Source: an uncultured Oscillospiraceae bacterium
GTDB taxonomy: Bacteria; Bacillota; Clostridia; Oscillospirales; Acutalibacteraceae
Assembly: GCA_900539855.1 (NCBI GenBank)
Contig: UQDO01000002.1
Coordinates: 7,033 to 71,032, forward strand
Length of the DNA: 64,000 nucleotides
Direction: 5' to 3'
The position numbers and the translations under genes were made by a program. Shown here one piece after another: positions 26,853 to 35,567 of the stretch. Every line of letters starts with the position of its first letter. Position 1 is the first letter of the stretch. Below the pieces are notes generated by a model. That model saw only the letters and a program-made list of their open reading frames with translations, ran no database searches and was not told the origin of the DNA.

Positions 26853-27863
26853 ATGATCGAAATAAAAAATCTTACCAAGACCTTCGGCACGGCGGACGGC
26901 AGCGTTGAGGCTTTAAAGGACATCAGCATCACGATACCCGACGGCGAAATCTACGGCATAATCGGCATGAGCGGCGCCGGAAAAAGCACACTGGTGCGCT
27001 GCATAAACATGTTGGAAAGACCCACGTCCGGCAGCGTTGTGATAGACGGGCGCGATATGGCGTCGCTTTCCGAAAAGGAGCTGCGCTACGAGCGCCGCAA
27101 TATTACCATGATATTTCAGGGCTTCAACCTGCTCATGCAGCGCAGCTGCCTCAAAAACGTCTGCTTTCCCATGGAGCTTGCAGGCGCCCCGAAGTCCGAG
27201 GCAAAGAAAAGGGCGGCAGAGCTGCTTGAAACGGTCGGACTGGGTGATAAGCTCAACAGCTATCCGGCTCAGCTTTCGGGCGGTCAGCAGCAGCGTGTAG
27301 CCATTGCCCGTGCGCTTGCTACCCATCCGAAAATACTGCTTTGCGACGAGGCGACAAGCGCTCTCGATCCGCAGACCACGCAGTCGATACTGTCGCTTAT
27401 ACGCGACATTCATGAAAAGCTTGGCATAACCGTCATAATAATCACCCATCAGATGAGTGTTGTCGAGCAGATATGCACCCGTGTCGCGATACTTGATAAG
27501 GGCACTGTGGTAGAGGAGGGCGCCGTTGCCGATGTATTTGCAGCGCCGCAGTCACTTGCCGCCAAGCGGCTGGTCTACCCGGACGGCTTTGACAGCCCTG
27601 CGGTGACAAAGGATAATGGGACGGTCATACGCGTCGTTTTCAACGGGGCTATTGCCACCAAAACTCCTTTGATCGCCCAGATGGCGATAGACGAGGGCAT
27701 TGCCGCCAGCATACTTTCGGCATCGACCAAAAGCATAGGCGACAAGGCGTACGGCAACATGCTACTCGGCATACCGGGCGGCGGCGAAGAAGCGGCAAGG
27801 GCTATCAGCTATCTTGGCAGGATCAAGGATATAATCGTTGAGGAGGTAAAAGACGGTGAATAA
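26853..27863 (+). CDS. metN: Methionine ABC transporter ATP-binding protein
   Basis: The protein starts MIEIKNLTKTFG and carries Walker A GMSGAGKST and signature LSGGQQQR. A C-terminal NIL domain is present. Confidence 0.85.
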   Translation: MIEIKNLTKTFGTADGSVEALKDISITIPDGEIYGIIGMSGAGKSTLVRCINMLERPTSGSVVIDGRDMASLSEKELRYERRNITMIFQGFNLLMQRSCLKNVCFPMELAGAPKSEAKKRAAELLETVGLGDKLNSYPAQLSGGQQQRVAIARALATHPKILLCDEATSALDPQTTQSILSLIRDIHEKLGITVIIITHQMSVVEQICTRVAILDKGTVVEEGAVADVFAAPQSLAAKRLVYPDGFDSPAVTKDNGTVIRVVFNGAIATKTPLIAQMAIDEGIAASILSASTKSIGDKAYGNMLLGIPGGGEEAARAISYLGRIKDIIVEEVKDGE

Positions 27864-28563
27864 TGCATTTTCAGCGGAGGCAGTGACCGAAGCTCTCGAA
27901 ATGCTGCGCGATGAATTTCCCTTGGCTATCTGGGAGACCCTTTATGTAACTGTGCTCTCAACTTTTTTTGCGACACTCATCGGTCTGCCGCTCGGCGTAC
28001 TTTTAGTAGCCGGTGAAAACAAGAAGATACTGCGCGTGCCCTCAGGCGTGCTGCATGTGCTCAATGTGATAATCAATCTTTTAAGGTCGGTACCGTTTCT
28101 GATACTCATGATAATGGTGTTTCCGCTTACAAGACTGATAATAGGCACCGTTGTCGGCACTCCGGCATCGGTCGTGCCGCTCGTTATAGCGGCGTTCCCC
28201 TTTATCGCACGTCTTGTCGAAAGCAGCATCAGAGAGGTAAATCCCAACATAATCGAGGCTGCCGCCAGCATGGGCGCCTCGCCGTTTCAGATAATTGTCA
28301 AGGTCATGATACCGGAAAGCGTTCCGTCGCTCATATCAAACGCCACAATAGCCATAACCACCGTGCTTGGCTACTCCGCGATGAGCGGTATTATAGGCGG
28401 CGGCGGACTGGGCAAAATAGCCATTAACTACGGCTACTACAGATATAAATACCTTGTTATGATATTTGCGGTAATTTTCCTGATACTGATGGTGCAGCTT
28501 TTCCAGAGCATAGGCACACACCTTGCCACAAGCTGCGACAAGCGTCTTAAAAACAGAAAGTGA
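27856..28563 (+). CDS. metI: Methionine ABC transporter permease
   Basis: A GTG start overlaps the metN stop and follows an AGGAGGTA RBS. The protein has five TM helices. Confidence 0.8.
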   Translation: MNNAFSAEAVTEALEMLRDEFPLAIWETLYVTVLSTFFATLIGLPLGVLLVAGENKKILRVPSGVLHVLNVIINLLRSVPFLILMIMVFPLTRLIIGTVVGTPASVVPLVIAAFPFIARLVESSIREVNPNIIEAAASMGASPFQIIVKVMIPESVPSLISNATIAITTVLGYSAMSGIIGGGGLGKIAINYGYYRYKYLVMIFAVIFLILMVQLFQSIGTHLATSCDKRLKNRK

Positions 28564-28579
28564 CAGCCGGAGGTAATTT

Positions 28580-29335
28580 ATGCCCGATCAGTTTTCAAGA
28601 ACAGAGCTTATTATCGGCAGCGAAGGCCTTAATAAGCTCAAAGACGCCCGTGTGGCAGTGTTCGGTATAGGCGGCGTCGGCGGCTACGCCGTCGAGGCGC
28701 TGGCACGTTCCGGTGTCGGCGCGCTTGACCTTATAGACGATGACAAGGTCTGCCTTACAAACATAAACCGTCAGATAATAGCGCTCAGAAGCACGGTGGG
28801 AAAATACAAAGTTGACGTTGCAAAGGACCGGGTGCTGGATATAAATCCGGGCTGCACGGTAAGAACCTACAGAACCTTTTACATGCCCGACACGCGCGAT
28901 CAATTTGATTTTTCAGAGTACGACTATGTGATAGACGCGATAGATACCGTCACGGCGAAAATAGACCTTGTTGTGACCGCCACGGCTAACGGTACGCCCG
29001 TTATCAGTTCAATGGGTGCCGGAAACAAGCTGGATCCAACGGCATTCACCGTAGCGGATATTTACAACACATCGGTCTGTCCGCTTGCGAAGGTCATGCG
29101 GTACGAGCTGCGGCGCAGAGGAATAAAGTCGCTGAAGGTTGTCTATTCAAAGGAGCCGCCGATATCTCCTGCCGTCGATCCGGCAGCCGGCTGCAGAGAA
29201 AATTGCATCTGTCCGCCCGGAACGGCGAGAACATGCACCGCAAGGCGCAATATTCCGGGGTCGGTTTCCTTCGTCCCCTCGGTCGTCGGACTCATAATCG
29301 CCGGAGAAGTAATAAAGGATATACTGAAAAAGTAA
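28580..29335 (+). CDS. tcdA: tRNA threonylcarbamoyladenosine dehydratase (ThiF/E1-like)
   Basis: The protein reads GLNKLKDARVAVFGIGGVGGYAVEALARSGVGALDLIDDD and continues with the TcdA/CsdL body. It is 251 aa. Confidence 0.75.
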   Translation: MPDQFSRTELIIGSEGLNKLKDARVAVFGIGGVGGYAVEALARSGVGALDLIDDDKVCLTNINRQIIALRSTVGKYKVDVAKDRVLDINPGCTVRTYRTFYMPDTRDQFDFSEYDYVIDAIDTVTAKIDLVVTATANGTPVISSMGAGNKLDPTAFTVADIYNTSVCPLAKVMRYELRRRGIKSLKVVYSKEPPISPAVDPAAGCRENCICPPGTARTCTARRNIPGSVSFVPSVVGLIIAGEVIKDILKK

Positions 29336-29340
29336 GAAAA

Positions 29341-29376
29341 ACCTCGTGCAGCTCTCTGTGCGAGGTTTTTTATGCA
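29341..29376. terminator. Terminator between convergent tcdA and the MocR gene
   Basis: The hairpin cctcgtgcag-ctct-ctgtgcgagg is followed by TTTTTT. Confidence 0.5.
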
Positions 29377-29384
29377 GTTATCGG

Positions 29385-30479
29385 TTATTTTTCAAGTTCT
29401 TTGCGCATTTTTCTGCGCACTCTGTTTATGTGCCGCTCAAAGTTGCCGCTGTTTATAAGCTCAGCCAAAACATACTGCTCAAAGGTCGGAACGGTGCAGG
29501 AATAAAAGCCGAGCTTTTTTGAAAACAGCTCCGAAAGTCTTTGCGGCAGCACCATATATCCGAAGCGCATCGAAGATGAAATGGTCTTTGAAAAGGTATT
29601 CATATATATAACGTTGTCCCGGTCGGACAGCGCGAAAAGCGTTTCCATGGGCTGCGACGCAACGGCAAACTCAGAGCCGTAGTCCGACTCTATGATAAAC
29701 CGATCATTTTTTCCTGCCCAGCTTATGTATTCATGCCGCTTTGACGCCGAAGCCGTGACTCCGCTCGGAAAGCTGCGGTAGGGCGTTGTATGCAGGACAT
29801 CGGCGTTTGACGAGCAAAGGGCAGCCGTTTCTATGCCGTCGGCGGCGAGCGGCAGCAGCTCGTATCTCACACCTGCCGCCGCATATATCTTTTCTATGAC
29901 CTCATATGACGGCGACTCCACGGCATAGACCCTGTCCTTGCCGAGCAGCATAACGATGAGTCCGTAAAGATATTCCGCGCCTGAGCCTACAATTATCTGT
30001 CCGGTCTCAACATAAACGCCGCGGTTTCTCGCAAGATAATTTTTTATGGCGCCGCGCAGCTGCGGCAGTCCGCAGTTCGGCGACTTTTCAAGTATCACAT
30101 CATAATGATCCGACAGCACCTTGCGCATGGTTCGGCTCAAGGTCGACACAGGGAAAGCCGGGTACTCCGTGTGGCTTTCCGAAGTCTTATGACCGACAGG
30201 CGGCTGCGGTATCTGCCCCGGAGCCGGTGCAAATCCGTTTGACTGCCTGAATATCACCTTATAGCCGCTTCTTTGGTGTGGCTGTGCATAGCCCTCGTCG
30301 CACAGAAGCTCATATGCATGCTCGACCGTCACGGTGCTGACACCGGTGTCGGCAGCAAGCACACGCTGTGACGGCAGTTTGGAATTATAAGGGTACGCGC
30401 CCTTTACGATATCGTCCCTTATCTGCTTATAAAGCTGCAAATAAACAGGGCGATCTTTTTTGTTTATAAAATATCTCAT
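29385..30479 (-). CDS. MocR/GabR/PdxR-type regulator (GntR HTH fused to an aminotransferase-like domain)
   Basis: The N-terminal HTH is LPSQRVLAADTGVSTVTVEHAYELL. The C-terminal domain is a fold type I aminotransferase-like domain. At 364 aa it is shorter than typical MocR regulators. Confidence 0.7.
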   Translation of the reverse strand: MRYFINKKDRPVYLQLYKQIRDDIVKGAYPYNSKLPSQRVLAADTGVSTVTVEHAYELLCDEGYAQPHQRSGYKVIFRQSNGFAPAPGQIPQPPVGHKTSESHTEYPAFPVSTLSRTMRKVLSDHYDVILEKSPNCGLPQLRGAIKNYLARNRGVYVETGQIIVGSGAEYLYGLIVMLLGKDRVYAVESPSYEVIEKIYAAAGVRYELLPLAADGIETAALCSSNADVLHTTPYRSFPSGVTASASKRHEYISWAGKNDRFIIESDYGSEFAVASQPMETLFALSDRDNVIYMNTFSKTISSSMRFGYMVLPQRLSELFSKKLGFYSCTVPTFEQYVLAELINSGNFERHINRVRRKMRKELEK

Positions 30480-30583
30480 CTGCCTATATAATTTTCTCCG
30501 TTTCTGCCTATTTAATATCGGCAGAAAATATTATATAACCTTTTTATATCAAACGCAAGTGTGAGTTTGGGGAGGAAAAACAT

Positions 30584-31111
30584 ATGAAAGCAGAAAAAAG
30601 AACTAAAAACGCAGCCATCTGGCTTTGCACGACTGCCATGTTCATGGCGCTCAATATAGCCATGAGTTCATTCGGCGTGCCGGTCCCCGGCGGACATTTA
30701 TACCTGAACGACATTGTGATATGCCTTGCCGCGATAATACTCGATCCGGTGGCAGCCTTTGCAGTCGGTGGCATAGGAGCGTTTCTGGGGGATTTCTTTT
30801 TCTATCCTGCTCCGATGTTCGTTTCACTTGTAACGCATGGCTTGCAGGCTGTGGTGATCTCTCTTATTTCGCACCACGCCCTTAAAAAGCACCCCAAATC
30901 AGCGTCGGGACTCGGCGTATCGGTCGGTGCCGTCATAATGGTCGTGGGATATTCACTCGGCCGCGCATTTATTTACAGCACACCGGAATACGCAATAATA
31001 AAGCTGCCGTATCAGATATTGCAGGCAGCGGTTGGCGCCGTGTTCGGAATGTTACTTTACTGGAGCTGCGGTGTCGGCAAGCTGTATAAAAAAATCATAT
31101 CCGGCAGATGA
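30584..31111 (+). CDS. ECF transporter S component (substrate-capture membrane protein)
   Basis: The 175-aa protein has about five TM helices and a GGAGG RBS. It is transcribed divergently from the MocR regulator. Confidence 0.7.
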   Translation: MKAEKRTKNAAIWLCTTAMFMALNIAMSSFGVPVPGGHLYLNDIVICLAAIILDPVAAFAVGGIGAFLGDFFFYPAPMFVSLVTHGLQAVVISLISHHALKKHPKSASGLGVSVGAVIMVVGYSLGRAFIYSTPEYAIIKLPYQILQAAVGAVFGMLLYWSCGVGKLYKKIISGR

Positions 31112-31204
31112 CGCCAAAACACATCACCGCAGAGGGCATACGGATTTCGTTTGTCTGCATGATCTTATTTTTCGGCAGACTAAGCCGAACGAGCTTTTAA
31201 GTGT

Positions 31205-31394
31205 CGTTCCTTAATAAACAGCCTAAAAACCAATTGACACTTTGTAGGGCAAGGGTCCCACTTCTGCCGCCACTTTTACAACAAATCAAGCAATTAATTT
31301 TAGTTTATAGGTGCACAAAAAACAAATGGCTAATTGAATTTTTGTAGGGAACGACCTATGTCTGTCAATATTTCATTACGCAGATAAACTAAAA
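31205..31394. repeat. Degenerate composite copy of the TTTTAGTTTATAGG / TGTAGGGAACGAC inverted-repeat element
   Basis: Family motifs occur in a fixed order. These are gtgtcgttcc at 31211, ttgtagggcaa at 31243, ttttagtttatagg at 31298, tgtagggaacgac at 31333 and ataaactaaaa at 31384. Confidence 0.45.
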
Positions 31395-31473
31395 TTTACC
31401 GACCTGTTATACTGCTGCATTTTAATTGCTCGGGGGATATAAACATCCCCCGGGCAAATTTTGTACGCATTTT

Positions 31474-33297
31474 CTACCTTTCAAACACCACATCATACCT
31501 GCTCATCCACTCGTCAAACTGGATGAGCCATGCTATAAGCTGGGGCGTTGACATCAGCTGTCCGAACCAGGTCTTGTCATCGCCGCTCAGCACCGCGTCG
31601 AGCGCCGACCTGTCGATTATCTCACCTATCCTGCCGCTTTTGAGCCTTTCCTTCAGCATTTCCGTAACCCGCGCCCTGTATTTTGGCGAATGTGTTTTTG
31701 GGTACGGGCTTTTTTTGCGCCAAAGTATTTTATCAGGCAAAAGCCCGTTTACCGAGTTCCTCAGCAGCGCTTTTTCCACACCGTCATGATATTTTATCTC
31801 CCACGGCACATTATAGACATACTCAAGTATCCTGTGATCGGAAAACGGCACGCGAACCTCAAGTCCGCTGTACATGCTCATCCTGTCCTTGCGTTCAAGC
31901 AGTGAGGTCATGAAATACCCCACCGAAAGGCATGTGGCTATTCTTGACGTCCGCATTGAGTCGCTGTCGGTCGGCAGCGTGGGACAATTTTGCAAAATTT
32001 TCTTGTATTCGCCGGATAAATATGAATACCCTTCGTCCGGCAGCGCAAAATCCTTTCTGAACAGCGAAATGCGCTCCATAGGCTCGTGTATCCACGGGAA
32101 GAAATCGCGATAAAGCATTTCAGGACGGTAGAACCACGGATATCCGCCGAATATTTCGTCCGAACATTCACCAGACAACGCAACGGTGTGACGTTCCTTT
32201 ACCCTTTTGCAAAAATAAAGCAGCGAGGAATCTATGTCAGCCTGACCGGGTATATCGCGGCTAAGCGTCGCATCAATGAGGCAGTCTGCAACAGCTTCGT
32301 TTGGAGCGGTGAGCACGGTATGGTCGGTTCCGAGCCACCCGGCAAGATATACCGCAAATTCGTCGTCGCCCTGCGGCTGGAAAAGTGATTTTTTAAAATT
32401 TTCCTTGTTGCCCTCGTACTCAAATGAATATGTCGACAGCTTCTCCCCTGATGCCTTGTATTTCTTTGCGGCAAATGCCGTCAGCACCGATGAATCAAGT
32501 CCGCCCGAAAGGAATGTACAAAGCGGCACATCGCTGACCGTCTGGCGGTCGACCGCGTCGCTTATAAGCTCCGAGACCTCCTCAGCCGCCGTCCCTGCGG
32601 TGCCTGACCACGGCTTTGCCTCAAGCCGCCAGTACTCCCGGAGCGTCAGTCCTCCGTCAAGCTTATACTCTCCGCAATATGCAGGTTTTAACTCCTCTAT
32701 ATCGCTGAATATTCCGCTGCCGGACAGGGTGACCGGCGTCAGAAACAAAAGCTGCCACAACCCCTCCATAGGCACCTTGCGGCTTATGTTTGGATCGGCA
32801 AGCAGCGCCTTCATTTCCGAGGCGAAAATAAACCTTTCACCCTTTACGCTGTAAAAGAACGGCTTTACGCCGAGTCTGTCACGCGCAAAAAACACCGTTT
32901 TACCGTACACATCGTAGACAGCAAAGGCAAAAATTCCGTTTAAAAGCTTTGGACACTCAGCACCGAAAATAATATAGCTCCAGAGCACAACTTCGGTATC
33001 ACAGGCGGTTCTGAAAGCCGCGCCGCGAAGTTCCAACCGCCTTTTTAGCTCCGGCGCGTTATATATCTCGCCGTTATAAACAATGATATATTCCCTGCCG
33101 CCGTATGTCGCAGACATCGGCTGCGCGCCGTTTTGCGGATCCATGACCGCAAGCCGGTTATGGTGCAGCGCCACAAAGCTGTCGGAAAAGCCTTCGCTTG
33201 CATCCGGTCCCCGGTTTTTCATTGTAAGCCCCATTTTCGCCACAAGCTCTTTGTCAGCGTGACCACATCTATCTATCATTCCGCATATCGAGCACAT
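31474..33297 (-). CDS. asnB: Asparagine synthase (glutamine-hydrolysing)
   Basis: The protein begins MCSICGMID, matching E. coli AsnB MCSIFGV with the Cys2 nucleophile. The synthetase domain has the SGGLDSS PP-loop. Confidence 0.85.
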   Translation of the reverse strand: MCSICGMIDRCGHADKELVAKMGLTMKNRGPDASEGFSDSFVALHHNRLAVMDPQNGAQPMSATYGGREYIIVYNGEIYNAPELKRRLELRGAAFRTACDTEVVLWSYIIFGAECPKLLNGIFAFAVYDVYGKTVFFARDRLGVKPFFYSVKGERFIFASEMKALLADPNISRKVPMEGLWQLLFLTPVTLSGSGIFSDIEELKPAYCGEYKLDGGLTLREYWRLEAKPWSGTAGTAAEEVSELISDAVDRQTVSDVPLCTFLSGGLDSSVLTAFAAKKYKASGEKLSTYSFEYEGNKENFKKSLFQPQGDDEFAVYLAGWLGTDHTVLTAPNEAVADCLIDATLSRDIPGQADIDSSLLYFCKRVKERHTVALSGECSDEIFGGYPWFYRPEMLYRDFFPWIHEPMERISLFRKDFALPDEGYSYLSGEYKKILQNCPTLPTDSDSMRTSRIATCLSVGYFMTSLLERKDRMSMYSGLEVRVPFSDHRILEYVYNVPWEIKYHDGVEKALLRNSVNGLLPDKILWRKKSPYPKTHSPKYRARVTEMLKERLKSGRIGEIIDRSALDAVLSGDDKTWFGQLMSTPQLIAWLIQFDEWMSRYDVVFER

Positions 33298-33448
33298 GTC
33301 CATCACTCCGTATGTTAGTTCTTAGTTATTTTATGCCGCAAACACATAAATGTTCCTCATTTTACTTCTTTATTAACATACTTTTTACTTTATTTTATGC
33401 CGATTATATGATACTATTGTGTTACGGATGTAAAGGTGGGCTTGATAT

Positions 33449-34099
33449 ATGTATAAATTTGCGGTTTTTGATCTTGACGGTACGCTGATCGACAGCATGG
33501 GATGCTGGAGGAATGTCATTCCTATATATGCTGAACTCAAAGGCATAAAATGCAGCGGACTTTCCGATGAGGAGCTTCGCAAAACCGACACTATGTCATG
33601 CAACGACGCGGTCGAATATATGCGTTCGGTGTCCGACGACCCTGCTTTAAAGAATTTTACATATTCGGACATGCTTTATGTAATGGATGAGTGTTACCGT
33701 CACCGCACTCCGGTCCGTGCCGGCGTACCGGACATGCTCAAAGGTTTGAAGGAAAAGGGCGTTCGCATGTGCGTGATATCGGCTACTCCTACGCGTCTTG
33801 TAAAAACAGCGCTCAGCACGGCAGAGCTTATCGATTATTTTGAATTTATCCTCACTCCTGACGACTATCCGGCAGGCAAAAACACACCGGATATATTCAT
33901 GGCAGCGGCAAAAAAATTCGGCTGCGAAACGGGGGATATGGCGATATTTGAGGACACATATTACAGCATGAAAACCGCAAAAGGGCTCGGTATGCATGTA
34001 ATAGCCGTTGAGGATCGCTTTGAAGCCTATGAGCGGGATAAGATAAAAGACATAGCCGACGAATACTATAAGGAATTTACCGAATTTCGGTATAAATAA
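33449..34099 (+). CDS. HAD-IA family hydrolase (beta-phosphoglucomutase-like)
   Basis: Motif I FDLDGTLIDS is present and the protein is 216 aa. An AAAGGTGGG RBS is present. Confidence 0.75.
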   Translation: MYKFAVFDLDGTLIDSMGCWRNVIPIYAELKGIKCSGLSDEELRKTDTMSCNDAVEYMRSVSDDPALKNFTYSDMLYVMDECYRHRTPVRAGVPDMLKGLKEKGVRMCVISATPTRLVKTALSTAELIDYFEFILTPDDYPAGKNTPDIFMAAAKKFGCETGDMAIFEDTYYSMKTAKGLGMHVIAVEDRFEAYERDKIKDIADEYYKEFTEFRYK

Positions 34100-34102
34100 A
34101 AG

Positions 34103-34141
34103 AGTGCATAGAGGCTTTGCCCTCTATGCACTTTTCGTTTT
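34103..34141. terminator. Bidirectional terminator between the HAD gene and the lysis cassette
   Basis: The hairpin agtgcatagagg-ctttgc-cctctatgcact is followed by TTTCGTTTT. Confidence 0.5.
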
Positions 34142-34143
34142 CC

Positions 34144-34341
34144 TTACGCTACTTCCGGCAGTCCTGCTATACTTGTAAGCAGTGACAAAACGCCTGCGAG
34201 CAGTGCTGTACTGCCAACGACAAGCCAGTTGATATCACCGAAAGCCGCACTTGTTCCGATGGTTGCTATCGCCGATTGGGCAATAGTTTTCACGGCTCTT
34301 ATTCCTGCAGCCTTGAACCACTTTTTAGTGTTATCCTTCAC
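34144..34341 (-). CDS. Phage holin (small, LL-H / phi-LC3-like family)
   Basis: The 65-aa protein has two predicted TM helices. It sits at the 3' end of the lysis cassette and overlaps the preceding gene by 4 nt. Confidence 0.6.
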   Translation of the reverse strand: MKDNTKKWFKAAGIRAVKTIAQSAIATIGTSAAFGDINWLVVGSTALLAGVLSLLTSIAGLPEVA

Positions 34342-34616
34342 TGTGTGATATACCTCCCTTCATTTCTTTCAACCTCACGCACGCGTCGGTCGAGCGACCT
34401 TATGCGTTCCTCGATCACCGGCAGGTTCTTTGCAGATGCATTAAGTTCCCGTACCTCACGCGTCAGCTCCTCTAATTTTGTGTCCGTTACAGCCTGTGCA
34501 ACGTCGATCCTTCTTTTCATTTCACGGCCGGACCTTCTCCCGGCTATCAATGCGCCGAAAAAGGACAGCAAGCCCACTATGATCGCCGCTGCCGCTGAAA
34601 TCAGTGTCTCAGCCAA
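34338..34616 (-). CDS. Lysis-cassette membrane/coiled-coil protein (XhlA-like by position only)
   Basis: The 92-aa protein has an N-terminal TM helix and a C-terminal coiled coil. It lies between the endolysin and the holin. Confidence 0.45.
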   Translation of the reverse strand: MAETLISAAAAIIVGLLSFFGALIAGRRSGREMKRRIDVAQAVTDTKLEELTREVRELNASAKNLPVIEERIRSLDRRVREVERNEGRYITQ

Positions 34617-34642
34617 TTTAAACGCCTCCGCCTGAAACTAAC

Positions 34643-35395
34643 TCAGCTTATTCCCAGTATTCTTTTCCATGAGTTGAGTCCCACGGCGCCGTCAGCCACA
34701 AGACCGTTTGCAGCCTGCCATTTGATGACCGCTGCACGGGTATCATTGCCGAACTTGCCGTCCGCGGTCACGCCGACTACTTGCTGAACGATAGCAGTAA
34801 GATTTTTGTACCTGTAGCCGACGGCATATTTTTTGCATATCGCCTGCTTCGCGACCGCAGCGCACTCTGCACCCCACGCGCCGTCAGCGCCGTACCTCGG
34901 GAATTTGAAGCCGTCAGCCATCGCCGCTTTCTGCCACTGCTTTACCGATACCGACGACACGGCTGCTACGCCAAAGGTCGAGCGGTATTTCTGATCCTGC
35001 CCGTACCAGAACGACTTTGTCACACGGGTGTCAATGTGAACAAAATAGCCGTCCTTCGCTGTCTCGTAAAGTCCGATACCCTTTGCACCTATGCTTTCTG
35101 CGTACTTCGCAACCTCGGAGGGGCTGACACCTGCGATCATGATGTCAGCCGCCATGCCTGCCTTGTGCTTTGACGCGGTCGCGCCGCCGACCGACCGGTT
35201 GTGCCTTTCGCAGCGGTATCCGCTCGAAATTATGATCGGCTTGCCGAAATGGTCACGGATCTTCTGCAGATATTCCACAAGCTGCATGTCCACAAGCGTT
35301 TCATTGCAGCAGCCCACACCGTGGCAGTCAAACTCAGTTGAACGGAAATTTGCACTGAGTTGTGTCGATACGCCCTTTTTAAACCTCTTTATCAA
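34643..35395 (-). CDS. Phage endolysin: M15-type zinc peptidase plus a C-terminal peptidoglycan-binding domain
   Basis: The zinc motifs SGYRCERHNRSVGG...SKH...D of the Peptidase_M15 family are present. The C-terminal repeat ADGKFGNDTRAAVIKWQAANGLVADGAVG is a PG_binding_1 domain. Confidence 0.8.
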   Translation of the reverse strand: MIKRFKKGVSTQLSANFRSTEFDCHGVGCCNETLVDMQLVEYLQKIRDHFGKPIIISSGYRCERHNRSVGGATASKHKAGMAADIMIAGVSPSEVAKYAESIGAKGIGLYETAKDGYFVHIDTRVTKSFWYGQDQKYRSTFGVAAVSSVSVKQWQKAAMADGFKFPRYGADGAWGAECAAVAKQAICKKYAVGYRYKNLTAIVQQVVGVTADGKFGNDTRAAVIKWQAANGLVADGAVGLNSWKRILGIS

Positions 35396-35567
35396 TGTTA
35401 TCCTCCTCTCCTTTTTCCTTTATTGCCGCCTCAATCTCGGCGAGATCACCCTCGGTGAGGACGCCCTTTTCGAGCCACCCGGCGGCGTTTAAAATTATCT
35501 GGTAGTCAGCCATGCTGCCTGCCGCTTTTATAAGACCTGATTTTATGAAATTTCTTAAATTGAACAT
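35379..35567 (-). CDS. XkdX-family small phage protein
   Basis: The 62-aa protein follows the XkdX-like pattern ...GWLEKGVLTEGDLAEIEAAIKEK. It lies between the tail-fibre and endolysin genes, as in PBSX-like phages. Confidence 0.55.
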   Translation of the reverse strand: MFNLRNFIKSGLIKAAGSMADYQIILNAAGWLEKGVLTEGDLAEIEAAIKEKGEEDNIDKEV

